Shown one piece after another: positions 9,358 to 18,853 of a stretch of 64,000 nt of DNA. The notes under the pieces were generated by a model, which saw only the letters and a list, made by a program, of their open reading frames with translations, made no database searches and had not been told where the DNA came from. The DNA lies in NCBI GenBank assembly GCA_937898885.1, contig CALDKD010000071.1:1250-65249 (forward strand). Reading direction: 5' to 3'. The position numbers were made by a program, and so were the translations under genes. Every line of letters starts with the position of its first letter. The stretch's first letter is position 1. The DNA comes from an uncultured Bacteroidales bacterium (GTDB lineage: Bacteria; Bacteroidota; Bacteroidia; Bacteroidales; Bacteroidaceae).

Positions 9358-9966
9358 TCAGAGAGTCTTGAACTGATAGCCTTTCTCGCGAAGCCACTCA
9401 ATGGCCTTCGGCAAGGCATACTGCAGGTTCTCTTTTGAGCGAAGAGAGTCGTGAAATACGATTACTGAGCCGTTTCGGGCATACCTCTTCACGTTCTCCA
9501 ACACCTGCGGCCCGGTCTGACGCTTACTGTAATCACGCGTCACAACATCGTAGAAAATGATTTTGTAGTCTGTCTCAAGACAGTGATACATACTTCGGCG
9601 CAAGACACCGTGTGGCGGACGGAACAGGTTTGACTTGAACAGATGCTGGCACTTCTCAACATTGTCAATATAATCAGGAGTACGCATCTGCATACCCCTG
9701 ACGTGGTTGAATGTATGATTTCCTACGATATGTCCGTGATCAAGTATCATCTGGAATATCTCGGGATACTTGCGGACATTATCGCCCACAACAAAGAAAG
9801 TAGCCTTTACCTGGTATCGGTCCAGAACATCAAGCAGCCAGGGAGTGACCTCAGGAATGGGTCCGTCATCAAACGTCAGATAGACGCTGTGATCCGACGG
9901 ATCCATTCTGAACACCCCTTTCGGATAGATATGTCTAAGCAGGAATGTAGGCTGCTCAATGATCAT
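9358..9966 (-). CDS. polysaccharide deacetylase (NodB homology domain)
   Basis: 202 aa with LTFDDGP and GNHTFNH, the NodB motifs 1 and 2. Sits 2 nt downstream of the DUF2723 gene, implying one operon. Confidence 0.85.
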   Translation of the reverse strand: MIIEQPTFLLRHIYPKGVFRMDPSDHSVYLTFDDGPIPEVTPWLLDVLDRYQVKATFFVVGDNVRKYPEIFQMILDHGHIVGNHTFNHVRGMQMRTPDYIDNVEKCQHLFKSNLFRPPHGVLRRSMYHCLETDYKIIFYDVVTRDYSKRQTGPQVLENVKRYARNGSVIVFHDSLRSKENLQYALPKAIEWLREKGYQFKTL

Positions 9967-9968
9967 CC

Positions 9969-12900
9969 TTACACTCTGTTGCTGAACTTTACATACATAT
10001 CCTCAAAGACACTGATCATAGATTTGTATGTCTCCTCATCCATTCCGGCATCCTCCATCACAGGGAATACACCTTTGTAGAGATATGTAATCGCTGTTTT
10101 CATCTCCTCTTTGAGAAGAGCCAGGTGCATATCGTCCATAGAGAGATACCATTGCATCTCTGTAAGATACGACCGTGCCATCTGCTCGCAAATAGCCAAT
10201 GCCTTCTCCTTCTCGCCAAGCTGTACATAGCACGAAGCCAGTATCTGCGAATAGCCAAGGACATCGTGAGGCAGCAGCTCTGATGATATACCTTTCTCGC
10301 ACTTGTCAAGTACCTGAAGGGCCTTGTTGTCCTCGCCTTGCATAATCAGAGCCTCAGCCAGCTGGGCATAGAGCCTGCGATGACTATAGCACATGCGGCG
10401 TATGGTCTCGTCAATATACAAATCCGGATTATCCAGACCGCCAAACTTGAAATTCATCAGGTTCTCATACATAAGGTCTGCATTAACCATATAGCTGTCA
10501 TTGTTATCCTTGTCTGTATATCCAAGCTCCTTCCAGTTGAACGGGGTAATGCGATAGGCAAGACCCTCAAGGACGAAGAACGGACCAAGGCCAAGATGAT
10601 TATCCCTGCCTACAGTGGTGGCCATATACAACGGACGCTCCCAGTTGCAGTATGCCAGCATCTCCAGCATCATCAACTCGTTCTTGTAGATATACCTTCT
10701 GCCCTTAAGAGAGATTACCATTTTGTCAGGAAGCCTCTCCAAAGTCTCCTCACGCGTTGCGCCCTGATACTCGGCAGGAATAAGCATACCTGAGTTCAGA
10801 ATAGCCTCTTTGTCAAGCTTGAGCCATACAGTATCGGTAGGAATGATATTGTACTTCTTGACCCAGTACTCGAGAACTGTCTTCAGCTCAAATGAGTTGT
10901 TGATATTATCTATCTCAGCCTGAGTCTTGGCATTCTTAAGGAAGTTCTCCTTGTTTCTGGGGCTGATCTCAACGGCATCGTTTGTACCTGACTCATAGTC
11001 AATACGCTCAAACTCAATTGGAACGGCTGGCGAGGAGTATGCGGGACGCTTCATCTGGTCAATGTACCAGTCGGTCATCAGATAGCTCAGATTGCATACA
11101 CGGCAGTCAGTACGGAAGCCCTCGGTCTCAAGATTGTACCACAGAGGGAATGTATCGTTGTCGCCGCAGGTGAAGATGATAGGATTACCCTTCTCCGGCA
11201 ATGTGAGCAGGTAATTCTGACCGAAGTCACGGCAAACGTAACGATTGCTGCGGTCGTGGTCATCCCACGTCTGACCTACCATCTGAATGGGAACAAGCAG
11301 ACACAACACCGATGCAACTACCGGAGCCGCCTTGCTGCCCATAACCTTCTTAAGAAGCTCGGCAACGCCGGCAACACCCAGGCCAATCCAGATGGCAAAG
11401 GCATAGAATGAGCCGGCATACGCATAATCACGCTCACGGGGCTGAATCGGAGTCTGATTCAGATACATTACGATGGCAAGTCCTGTCATAAAGAAGAGAC
11501 AGAACACCACCCAGAACTGACGTACTCCCTCCTTGTCCTGTTTAATCTGCCAGAACAGACCAATCAGGCCGAGAATAAGAGGCAGCCCGTAGAATACGTT
11601 ATGCCCCTTGCCTTTCAGTGTGTCTGGCATCAGACGCTGGTCACCCAGCATAATCCTGTCGATGAAGTTGATGCCGGTCACCCAGTTTCCGTGGTTGAGC
11701 TCACCGTGACCCTGTATGTCATTCTGACGGCCTACGAAGTTCCACATGAAATAACGCCAGTACATAAAGTTGACCTGATACTTGAAGAAGAATCTGAGAT
11801 TCTCTATCTGCGTTGGAATGGTCAGCTTAACCTTCTCGCCACAACGGTCATAAATCACAGTATTACCCTTTACATTTGCCCATGCCTTATACTGCTGTAT
11901 GTGATCTGGATCACTGCTGTACATGCGCGGGAAGAGCATATTCTGAGCATATTTGTATGAACGTTTATAGTCCTTGATGTAGTAGCGGTCCTTCTCATCG
12001 GCATTGGCCTTCTCCTTGCGGCCGTACATCACACCATTCTCCACGAACTCCGGACGGCACATATTTCCCTCATTGCGCAATGATACCTCAGAGGCGTATG
12101 TCTGACCATAGAAGAGCGGACGGGTACCGTACTGCTCGCGTGCCAGATAATCGCCAAGTGCGAATATATCTTCCGGTGAGTCCTGATCCATAGGCGGGTT
12201 CGCTGTGGAACGGATTACAATCAGAGCGTACGACGAGTAGCCTATCACTATGCACATCACGCTGAGCATAATCGTATTCAGCACCCTTGCGGATGGTTTC
12301 AGCTTATCGCTGACAGCCTTCGCCAGCAGATAGAAACCAAGTATTGCCAATACAATTATTCCGAAGACAACACCTCCTGCGGTATGGCCATAGAAAGGAA
12401 TACCTGTAAGTGCGAGTGTACAGAGGAAAGCAACCTTCATTCTGGTGTCGCTCACACCCTTCTGACTCTCGAATACGCCCCAGAGAATTGCGGCAACCAA
12501 CAGAATCAGATATATGATAAGGCCTGTGTTGAACTTGAATCCGAGTGCGTTTACAAAAAGCAGCTCAAACCATCCGCCAACCTTTACAATACCCGGAACA
12601 ATACCATACAAGACTGCTGCGATTATCACACCGGATATTACAATAGACAATACACCACCTTTCCAGGTTGGATTCTCCGCTCTCTTGAAGTAATAAACCA
12701 GCACGATTGCGGTGATGCAGAGCAGGTTCAGCAAGTGAACACCTACGGAGATACCTATCACATAGGCTATCAGAATAAGCCAGCGGTCACTGTGCGGTCT
12801 GTCGGCATCCTCCTCCCACTTAAGAATGAGCCAGAAGGTAACGGCGGTACAGAACGATGAGTAGGCATAAACCTCGCCCTCAACAGCGCTGAACCAGAAT

Positions 12901-13301
12901 GTATCGCTCCAGGTATATGCCAGAGCTCCTGCCACGCCTGCGCCCATAATGGCGATGGTCTGCCACAAATCAGGCTCACTGCCCTTGCAGATCAGCTTTT
13001 TGGCCAGCATAGTAATTGTCCAGAACAGGAACAATATACATAGCGCGCTCAGAATGGCGGACATAATGTTCACCATCATAGCCACCTTCGTTGTATCGTC
13101 AGTAAACTGCGAGAACAGGTTCGATGTAAGCATAAAGAACGGTGCTCCAGGCGGATGTCCTACCTCCAGCTTAAAGCCGGTTGTGATAAACTCGGGGCAA
13201 TCCCAGAAACTGGCCGTAGGCTCAATAGTCATACAGTATGTCACTGCCGCCACAATGAACACCAGCCAGCCGATAATGTTATTGATATGTTTGTATTTCA
13301 T
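9969..13301 (-). CDS. DUF2723 family polytopic membrane protein (GT-C-like, C-terminal TPR-like region)
   Basis: 1110 aa. The N-terminus TIEPTASFWDCPEFITTGFKLEVGHPPGAPFFML matches the conserved DUF2723 opening as I recall it. It has many TM segments and a helical repeat C-terminus. Confidence 0.75.
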   Translation of the reverse strand: MKYKHINNIIGWLVFIVAAVTYCMTIEPTASFWDCPEFITTGFKLEVGHPPGAPFFMLTSNLFSQFTDDTTKVAMMVNIMSAILSALCILFLFWTITMLAKKLICKGSEPDLWQTIAIMGAGVAGALAYTWSDTFWFSAVEGEVYAYSSFCTAVTFWLILKWEEDADRPHSDRWLILIAYVIGISVGVHLLNLLCITAIVLVYYFKRAENPTWKGGVLSIVISGVIIAAVLYGIVPGIVKVGGWFELLFVNALGFKFNTGLIIYLILLVAAILWGVFESQKGVSDTRMKVAFLCTLALTGIPFYGHTAGGVVFGIIVLAILGFYLLAKAVSDKLKPSARVLNTIMLSVMCIVIGYSSYALIVIRSTANPPMDQDSPEDIFALGDYLAREQYGTRPLFYGQTYASEVSLRNEGNMCRPEFVENGVMYGRKEKANADEKDRYYIKDYKRSYKYAQNMLFPRMYSSDPDHIQQYKAWANVKGNTVIYDRCGEKVKLTIPTQIENLRFFFKYQVNFMYWRYFMWNFVGRQNDIQGHGELNHGNWVTGINFIDRIMLGDQRLMPDTLKGKGHNVFYGLPLILGLIGLFWQIKQDKEGVRQFWVVFCLFFMTGLAIVMYLNQTPIQPRERDYAYAGSFYAFAIWIGLGVAGVAELLKKVMGSKAAPVVASVLCLLVPIQMVGQTWDDHDRSNRYVCRDFGQNYLLTLPEKGNPIIFTCGDNDTFPLWYNLETEGFRTDCRVCNLSYLMTDWYIDQMKRPAYSSPAVPIEFERIDYESGTNDAVEISPRNKENFLKNAKTQAEIDNINNSFELKTVLEYWVKKYNIIPTDTVWLKLDKEAILNSGMLIPAEYQGATREETLERLPDKMVISLKGRRYIYKNELMMLEMLAYCNWERPLYMATTVGRDNHLGLGPFFVLEGLAYRITPFNWKELGYTDKDNNDSYMVNADLMYENLMNFKFGGLDNPDLYIDETIRRMCYSHRRLYAQLAEALIMQGEDNKALQVLDKCEKGISSELLPHDVLGYSQILASCYVQLGEKEKALAICEQMARSYLTEMQWYLSMDDMHLALLKEEMKTAITYLYKGVFPVMEDAGMDEETYKSMISVFEDMYVKFSNRV

Positions 13302-13331
13302 AACCTTACGGTCTTTTCAGATACTTCTTTG

Positions 13332-13339
13332 CAAATATA
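13332..13339 (-). promoter_or_regulatory. Bacteroidetes-type -7 promoter box for the DUF2723 gene
   Basis: The plus strand reads CAAATATA, which is TATATTTG on the minus strand, 31 bp upstream of ATG 13301. Confidence 0.4.
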
Positions 13340-13373
13340 AGCAATCAAACAGCTCCTGCCGCATTAAAAATTC

Positions 13374-14645
13374 TTAAAGGTCAGCACCGATGTCACTGCG
13401 GAAATGCTTTCCCTCAAAATCAATCTGGCCTGCGCCTTTGAAAGACTTGGCCAAAGCCTCAGCCTTGTCCTTTCCGTATGAGCTTACGGCAATGACACGT
13501 CCGCCTGCGGTAACCACATTTCCCTCAGCGTTGAACGCGGTTCCGGCGTGGAATACGATGCTGTCCTGAACCTTCTCCGTTCCGGTGATACGGAATCCTT
13601 TCTCGTAATGACCGGGGTAACCACCCGACACCAGCATCACACATACCGCAGAGCGCGGATCCTGCTCCAGGACCTTCTCATCAAGATTACCATTGGCCAC
13701 TCCAAGAAGCAGGTCAACAAGGTCTGACTTCAGCCTGAGCATCACAGTCTCAGTCTCAGGATCGCCCATACGCACGTTGTATTCTATCACCTTTGGCTCA
13801 CCTGCCACATTTATCAGTCCGAGGAAGATGAAGCCCTTGTACTCAAGGCCCTCCTCTGCCAATCCCTGGATTGTAGGACGAATAATGCGCTCCTCGACCT
13901 TGCCCATCCAAACCTCATCGGCAAACGGAACAGGCGATACTGAGCCCATACCACCGGTGTTCAGACCGGTATCGTGCTCGCCAACGCGCTTGTAATCCTT
14001 TGCCACCGGCAGAATCTTGTAGTTCTTGCCATCGGTAAGAACAAACACCGAGCACTCTATGCCGCTAAGAAACTCCTCAATCACAACCCGCGATGAGGCA
14101 CCGCCAAACATACCGCCCAGCATCTCCTTGAATTCCTTACGTGCCTCATCAAGGGTAGGCAGAATCAGCACACCCTTTCCGGCGCACAGACCATCGGCCT
14201 TCAATACGTATGGAGCCTGCAGAGTTCCCAGGAACTCAAGGCCCTCCTCAAGTGTATCTGATGTAAAAGTACGGTAGGCAGCGGTTGGTATGCCGTGGCG
14301 CAGCATGAACTGTTTGGCAAAATCCTTGCTACCCTCAAGCTGTGCGGCAGCCTTGGTGGGTCCAATCACCGGAATGCCGGCAAGCCTTGAATCGTTCTTG
14401 AAATAGTCGTTGATGCCCTTTACCAAAGGATCCTCAGGACCTACAACCACCATATTGACGCCTTTGTCAAGAACAAATGACGCAATGGCATCAAAGTCAT
14501 CAGCCTTCATTGCCACATTCTGGCCAACAGATGCGGTTCCGGCATTACCCGGTGCTATATATAACTTGTCTGTAAGCGGGCTTTGGGCTATTTTCCAAGC
14601 CAGGGCGTGCTCACGTCCGCCACTACCAAGAAGCAGAATTATCAT
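13374..14645 (-). CDS. purD: phosphoribosylamine--glycine ligase
   Basis: 423 aa starting [18 protein letters not shown], with an ATP-grasp core and ...[12 protein letters not shown]... Confidence 0.95.
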   Translation of the reverse strand: MIILLLGSGGREHALAWKIAQSPLTDKLYIAPGNAGTASVGQNVAMKADDFDAIASFVLDKGVNMVVVGPEDPLVKGINDYFKNDSRLAGIPVIGPTKAAAQLEGSKDFAKQFMLRHGIPTAAYRTFTSDTLEEGLEFLGTLQAPYVLKADGLCAGKGVLILPTLDEARKEFKEMLGGMFGGASSRVVIEEFLSGIECSVFVLTDGKNYKILPVAKDYKRVGEHDTGLNTGGMGSVSPVPFADEVWMGKVEERIIRPTIQGLAEEGLEYKGFIFLGLINVAGEPKVIEYNVRMGDPETETVMLRLKSDLVDLLLGVANGNLDEKVLEQDPRSAVCVMLVSGGYPGHYEKGFRITGTEKVQDSIVFHAGTAFNAEGNVVTAGGRVIAVSSYGKDKAEALAKSFKGAGQIDFEGKHFRSDIGADL

Positions 14646-16345
14646 TGCTCTTTATCGTTGAATTTATTATTTGATCTGGAGTTCTTGCCGAAAGGCTTAT
14701 CTGAACGGGAGAAAGATTTATCTGAACGGGAATAAGGCTTGCGCGATGAGCCTGAAGACTTTCCGTTATAGCCCTTTCCATCGTTTCTTTTGAGACCTTT
14801 GCGACTGCCATCCTTCGGCTTGTCAGAAAACCTCCTTGCCGACTTATGCTCCGCGTCACCATCCTTCTTGAAGGACTTATAGGGCCTCTTCTCACCTGAG
14901 AACTTTCTGAATGAGCCTTCATTACTCTCATCACCCTCCTTATCTCTCCTGGAATAAGGTCTTGCTGGTCTGTCTGACGTACGGAAACCGTCCCTCCCGG
15001 AACTTCTTCCCGGACTGCGTCTCTCGCCGTCCTTTCCAAATCCTTCACGACGCGGTCTTCCCGGGCGCCTCTCCCTTCTCTCGCCATCAGAGGCAGCATC
15101 ATCACCATCTTTCTTCAGACGCTCTGCCTGAGCAGCCTTATGACGCAATGTTGTACCACGACGTGTTGATGAATCCTCCTTGCGTAGATGCTCGCCCTCT
15201 GAGCGGAATGACTCATATTTACCGCCAAATATCTCATACTTGCGGAACTCGCAGGCCAAAGCGCCGTTATAGAGAGGTACCTTGGCCGACGGCTTCAGAC
15301 CTATCTTGTCAAAATACTCATAGTGATTGCAGATAACCCAAGCCTCACCACCTGTGAAAGCGTGCTTCAGACGCTCACCTAGTGTAGCATACAACTCCGG
15401 AATATCACCCTCTCTCAGACGCTCACCATACGGGGGATTTGTAACCATAAGAGTCTTCTCTGTAATTGGCTGGAAATCCTTGACATCGCGGGTATCAAAA
15501 TGAATAGTATCCAGAAGTCCGGCAGCCTTGGCATTGCGCTTGGCAGTAAGAATAGCCTTTGCATCCTTATCATAGCCATAGATATGGCCATTGAACGGAC
15601 GCTCTGCTGAATCATCGTTATATATCTGCTCAAACAGGTCACGGTCAAAATCCTTCCATTTCTCAAAGGCATACTGACTGCGGAAAAGGCCAGGCGCCAT
15701 ATTGCGGGCAATAAGAGCCGCCTCAATAGGCAAGGTACCTGAGCCGCACATCGGGTCAACGAAATCGCACTCACCACGCCATCCGGTCATCAGAATCATA
15801 CCGGCGGCCAGCACCTCATTGAGGGGCGCCTCCATAGTATCCTGACGATAGCCACGGCGATGCAATGACTCTCCCGAGCTGTCGAGCGACAGAGAACAAT
15901 CCTCATTGGAAATGTGGATATGGAACGTGATGTCCGGATTGGCTACGCTTACATTAGGCCTGTGACCTTCTTTCTCACGGAAATAATCAGCAATGGCATC
16001 CTTCACCCTGTATGCCACAAATTTTGAGTGAGTAAACTCCTCGCTGTTGACTACGGCATCTACAGCAAAACTGCTGAGGTTGTCCATATACTTCTCCCAT
16101 TCTATCTTCTTGCAGACATCATACACCTCATCGGCACTCGCTGCCTTGAAATGCTTGAACGGCTTTAATATCCTTATGGCAGTACGAAGATGGAAATTCG
16201 CCTTATACATCAGAGCCTTGTTGCCTGTAAATGACACCATACGGTTGCCAATCTGTATATTGTTGGCTCCCAGCTCTGTCAACTCCTGTGCCAAGACCTC
16301 TTCCAATCCCTGGAATGTCTTGGCTATCATTTCAAATTCAGCCAT
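14642..16345 (-). CDS. THUMP-domain class I SAM-dependent RNA methyltransferase with a ~180-aa basic low-complexity C-terminal tail
   Basis: The N-terminal ~385 aa have a THUMP-like region, DPMCGSGT (motif I) and TNPPYGERL (motif IV). Residues ~386-567 are R/K/S/D/G-rich. The stop overlaps the purD ATG by 4 nt (ATGA). Confidence 0.8.
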   Translation of the reverse strand: MAEFEMIAKTFQGLEEVLAQELTELGANNIQIGNRMVSFTGNKALMYKANFHLRTAIRILKPFKHFKAASADEVYDVCKKIEWEKYMDNLSSFAVDAVVNSEEFTHSKFVAYRVKDAIADYFREKEGHRPNVSVANPDITFHIHISNEDCSLSLDSSGESLHRRGYRQDTMEAPLNEVLAAGMILMTGWRGECDFVDPMCGSGTLPIEAALIARNMAPGLFRSQYAFEKWKDFDRDLFEQIYNDDSAERPFNGHIYGYDKDAKAILTAKRNAKAAGLLDTIHFDTRDVKDFQPITEKTLMVTNPPYGERLREGDIPELYATLGERLKHAFTGGEAWVICNHYEYFDKIGLKPSAKVPLYNGALACEFRKYEIFGGKYESFRSEGEHLRKEDSSTRRGTTLRHKAAQAERLKKDGDDAASDGERRERRPGRPRREGFGKDGERRSPGRSSGRDGFRTSDRPARPYSRRDKEGDESNEGSFRKFSGEKRPYKSFKKDGDAEHKSARRFSDKPKDGSRKGLKRNDGKGYNGKSSGSSRKPYSRSDKSFSRSDKPFGKNSRSNNKFNDKEQ

Positions 16346-16402
16346 TTGACCTTGTTATTTCCTCAATTCTGAAATAAGGTGCAAAATAACAAAAAAAACT
16401 GC

Positions 16403-17356
16403 TTACTTAGTGACCCAGGCCGGATTATGTGGCTTTATTCGCGCAGGATCATAGTATAATCCCTTAACATCGGGAATGGCAACCTTATATAGTCTGTGTG
16501 AATTGTCATTAAGCCTCATCTCTCTGAGCCAGAGGTTAGCCTCACGCAACTGTGAATATGACACCCCGTGATTGTCTGCGAATTCCACAAGATCATCAAC
16601 TGTCTCTGTAACATATACAGTGTCCTTTGCCGGAATGAACGGATAAAGCTCATCCGGGCGAAGGTTGAATCCGAACAAAGATGGATTCTCGAACATCATC
16701 TTTGCCACCAGGAGACGGAACATATAACGCGATGTCTCATTCACAAGCCAAAGGTCAACAGCTTTCTTCTGATGCTGATCCTCAAGCTTTGAGCTTATGC
16801 CGGCCTGACCCGCATTGTAACTTGCAGCCACTGTAAGCCAGTCGCCAAATTTGGCATACGAGCTCTTCAGATACTGACAGGCAGCTATGGTTGCCTTCTC
16901 AATATTGTATCGCTCGTCTATATTGGCATTCACCTCAAGACCATATACACGTCCTGTGGCCTGCGTAAACTGCCACAAACCGGCTGCCCCTGCCGTTGAC
17001 ACAGCCTGGGGATCAAGATTGCTCTCAATTACCATCAGGTATTTCAAATCATCAGGTATGCCCTGCGACTTGAGTATCGGCTCAATCTGTGGAAAGAACC
17101 TGTTAGCCCGCTTCAACATCAGTATCGATGTGGAGTGGGTGTAGGTAAAGGCTATCAGCTCTCTGTCAAGACGCTCACGCATATCGGCACGGTCAAAACG
17201 TATGGTCTCGCCGGCAAAGACCAGATATTCGGGAACAGACGGCAAGACATTAACAGGTGGCACACCTCCAGACAATGAGGCAGAAGACCTGTGCTGTGCC
17301 GCAACAGGAAGACAAAGACAAAGAATGGCAATTGACAGACAACGCGCTATACTCAT
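16403..17356 (-). CDS. lytic murein transglycosylase (SLT domain)
   Basis: Contains ESNLDPQAVSTAGAAGLWQF, with the catalytic Glu context typical of SLT/MltD enzymes. Start is moved to the ATG at 17356 (MSIARCLSIAILCLCLPVAAQ signal peptide); the ORF-track start at 17386 is TTG. Confidence 0.8.
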   Translation of the reverse strand: MSIARCLSIAILCLCLPVAAQHRSSASLSGGVPPVNVLPSVPEYLVFAGETIRFDRADMRERLDRELIAFTYTHSTSILMLKRANRFFPQIEPILKSQGIPDDLKYLMVIESNLDPQAVSTAGAAGLWQFTQATGRVYGLEVNANIDERYNIEKATIAACQYLKSSYAKFGDWLTVAASYNAGQAGISSKLEDQHQKKAVDLWLVNETSRYMFRLLVAKMMFENPSLFGFNLRPDELYPFIPAKDTVYVTETVDDLVEFADNHGVSYSQLREANLWLREMRLNDNSHRLYKVAIPDVKGLYYDPARIKPHNPAWVTK

Positions 17357-17383
17357 ATCGATATTCACAAAATTATTGATTTG

Positions 17384-17391
17384 CAAAATTA
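17384..17391 (-). promoter_or_regulatory. Bacteroidetes-type -7 promoter box for the transglycosylase gene
   Basis: The plus strand reads CAAAATTA, which is TAATTTTG on the minus strand, 28 bp upstream of ATG 17356. Confidence 0.4.
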
Positions 17392-17408
17392 GTCAAAAAC
17401 CACCATAT

Positions 17409-17445
17409 ATAAAAAATCAAGCCGACCCTCTGGGAACCGGCTTGA
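17409..17445 (-). terminator. rho-independent-type terminator after the 113-aa gene
   Basis: On the minus strand, TCAAGCCG-(13 nt)-CGGCTTGA is followed by TTTTTTAT. Confidence 0.5.
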
Positions 17446-17469
17446 CAACTATGGAAAACTTACTTGTCT

Positions 17470-17811
17470 TTACTCTGCTGAGAGGACTGCCAATGTAGCC
17501 TCAGTCTGCCAGCTGTCAAGAAGTGTGCTGAAACGGTCAGTATAGATGCCCTTCAAAGACTCAATACGATTCTGCTTCTGAGCCTCGGTAAGTCTTACAG
17601 ACTCCTTGATCTGCTTGGCCTGGCAAATAAAACGCTGGCAAAGAATGGTATAATTGTAAGCATTGTCAAAACTAAGCTCTGATGCAATCTGATTAAGTAC
17701 GAACTCGTCATTCTGTACCTGATTGAAGGAGGCTGAGGACTGAGCGTTTACATTTACACTTGCTGTTAAAGCCAAAATTGCGATCACTACTGCAAAAAGA
17801 TTCTTTTTCAT
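17470..17811 (-). CDS. small secreted hypothetical protein
   Basis: 113 aa with a clear signal peptide, MKKNLFAVVIAILALTASVNVNAQ. It has its own terminator. No family recognised. Confidence 0.5.
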   Translation of the reverse strand: MKKNLFAVVIAILALTASVNVNAQSSASFNQVQNDEFVLNQIASELSFDNAYNYTILCQRFICQAKQIKESVRLTEAQKQNRIESLKGIYTDRFSTLLDSWQTEATLAVLSAE

Positions 17812-18060
17812 AATTTCTATTTTTTAATTTGTTAAACTTCTTACTTGTCTGCCGTCATTCTTGCCGGCGTTCGTATATAAGATGCCTGAAACTGAAAAAG
17901 GTTAATTCCAAAGTGCGATATTTGGCTAATTTTAACGTTTAAGTTAAATTAATAAAAGCTTGTAAAATGTTGCTATCTTCCTTTTGTTGTGATGTTTAAG
18001 TATTCTAACATGAATAAAATACAGAAATTATTAATTTATATTTTAGCAATTATAGTATTG

Positions 18061-18768
18061 CTACAAAAGTTCTGAAACGAGATTTTTGAACTCATCTATT
18101 CCATCTGAGGCGCCTTTACAAATAACATTGACGCTGCGCCATGAATTAATCTGGACTGGTGCCGGATCAATAAGATAAACCAGAGCGGAGTCAGGCGCGT
18201 AGTTTAGCAGACCTGCTGCAGGATAAACATTAAGAGACGTTCCGATAATAAGAAGTATGTCAGCCTCTGATACATAATCTGCGGCAATACCAATATTGGG
18301 AACAGGCTCGCCAAACCATACAATATACGGCCTGAGCTGACTTCCATCGGAAGCCTTATCTCCTATATGAATCTCATAATTATCATGAGAGAGTTTACAT
18401 ATCTGACGAGAATCATTAGGATTAATGGACGATGTAACCTTCTCGAGCTCTCCATGAAGATGAATAATATGGCTGCTCCCTGCTCTTTCGTGAAGATTAT
18501 CCACGTTCTGAGTAATCACAGTCACATTAAACATAGACTCAAGCTCCGCTAAGGCTATATGCGCGTGATTAGGCTGTACGCTCAGAAGTTGCTTCCTACG
18601 CGCATTATAAAAATCAATGACAAGACGCGGATTCCTACGATAGCCGTCGGGCGTGCAGACATCATCCACACTATATTTCTCCCAAAGGCCGCCACTGTCA
18701 CGGAAAGTGCTTATGCCGCTCTCGGCGCTTATACCTGCACCTGTCAAAACAACGAGCTTCTTTTTCAT
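18061..18768 (-). CDS. cobB: NAD-dependent protein deacylase (Sir2 family)
   Basis: Contains GAGISAESGISTFRD, QNVDNLHERAG and HLHGE (catalytic His context). Confidence 0.9.
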   Translation of the reverse strand: MKKKLVVLTGAGISAESGISTFRDSGGLWEKYSVDDVCTPDGYRRNPRLVIDFYNARRKQLLSVQPNHAHIALAELESMFNVTVITQNVDNLHERAGSSHIIHLHGELEKVTSSINPNDSRQICKLSHDNYEIHIGDKASDGSQLRPYIVWFGEPVPNIGIAADYVSEADILLIIGTSLNVYPAAGLLNYAPDSALVYLIDPAPVQINSWRSVNVICKGASDGIDEFKNLVSELL

Positions 18769-18785
18769 CAGAAAAAAATAATATT

Positions 18786-18823
18786 GAAATAAAAACCGGG
18801 CAACACATAAGCGCTGCCCGGTT
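18786..18823 (-). terminator. rho-independent-type terminator after the 981-aa T9SS cargo gene
   Basis: On the minus strand, AACCGGGCA-(12 nt)-TGCCCGGTT is followed by TTTTTATTT. Confidence 0.55.
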
Positions 18824-18853
18824 CTTATATTAACCCTTGCGGGTAAAAGTCTA

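Noticed and set aside
14623-15108. 161-aa alternative-frame ORF within the methyltransferase tail region.
   Set aside because: It sits on the same strand in a different frame from the low-complexity tail. Repetitive purine-rich DNA keeps several frames open. The annotated frame is the one contiguous with the methyltransferase core, and it ends in the ATGA overlap with purD.
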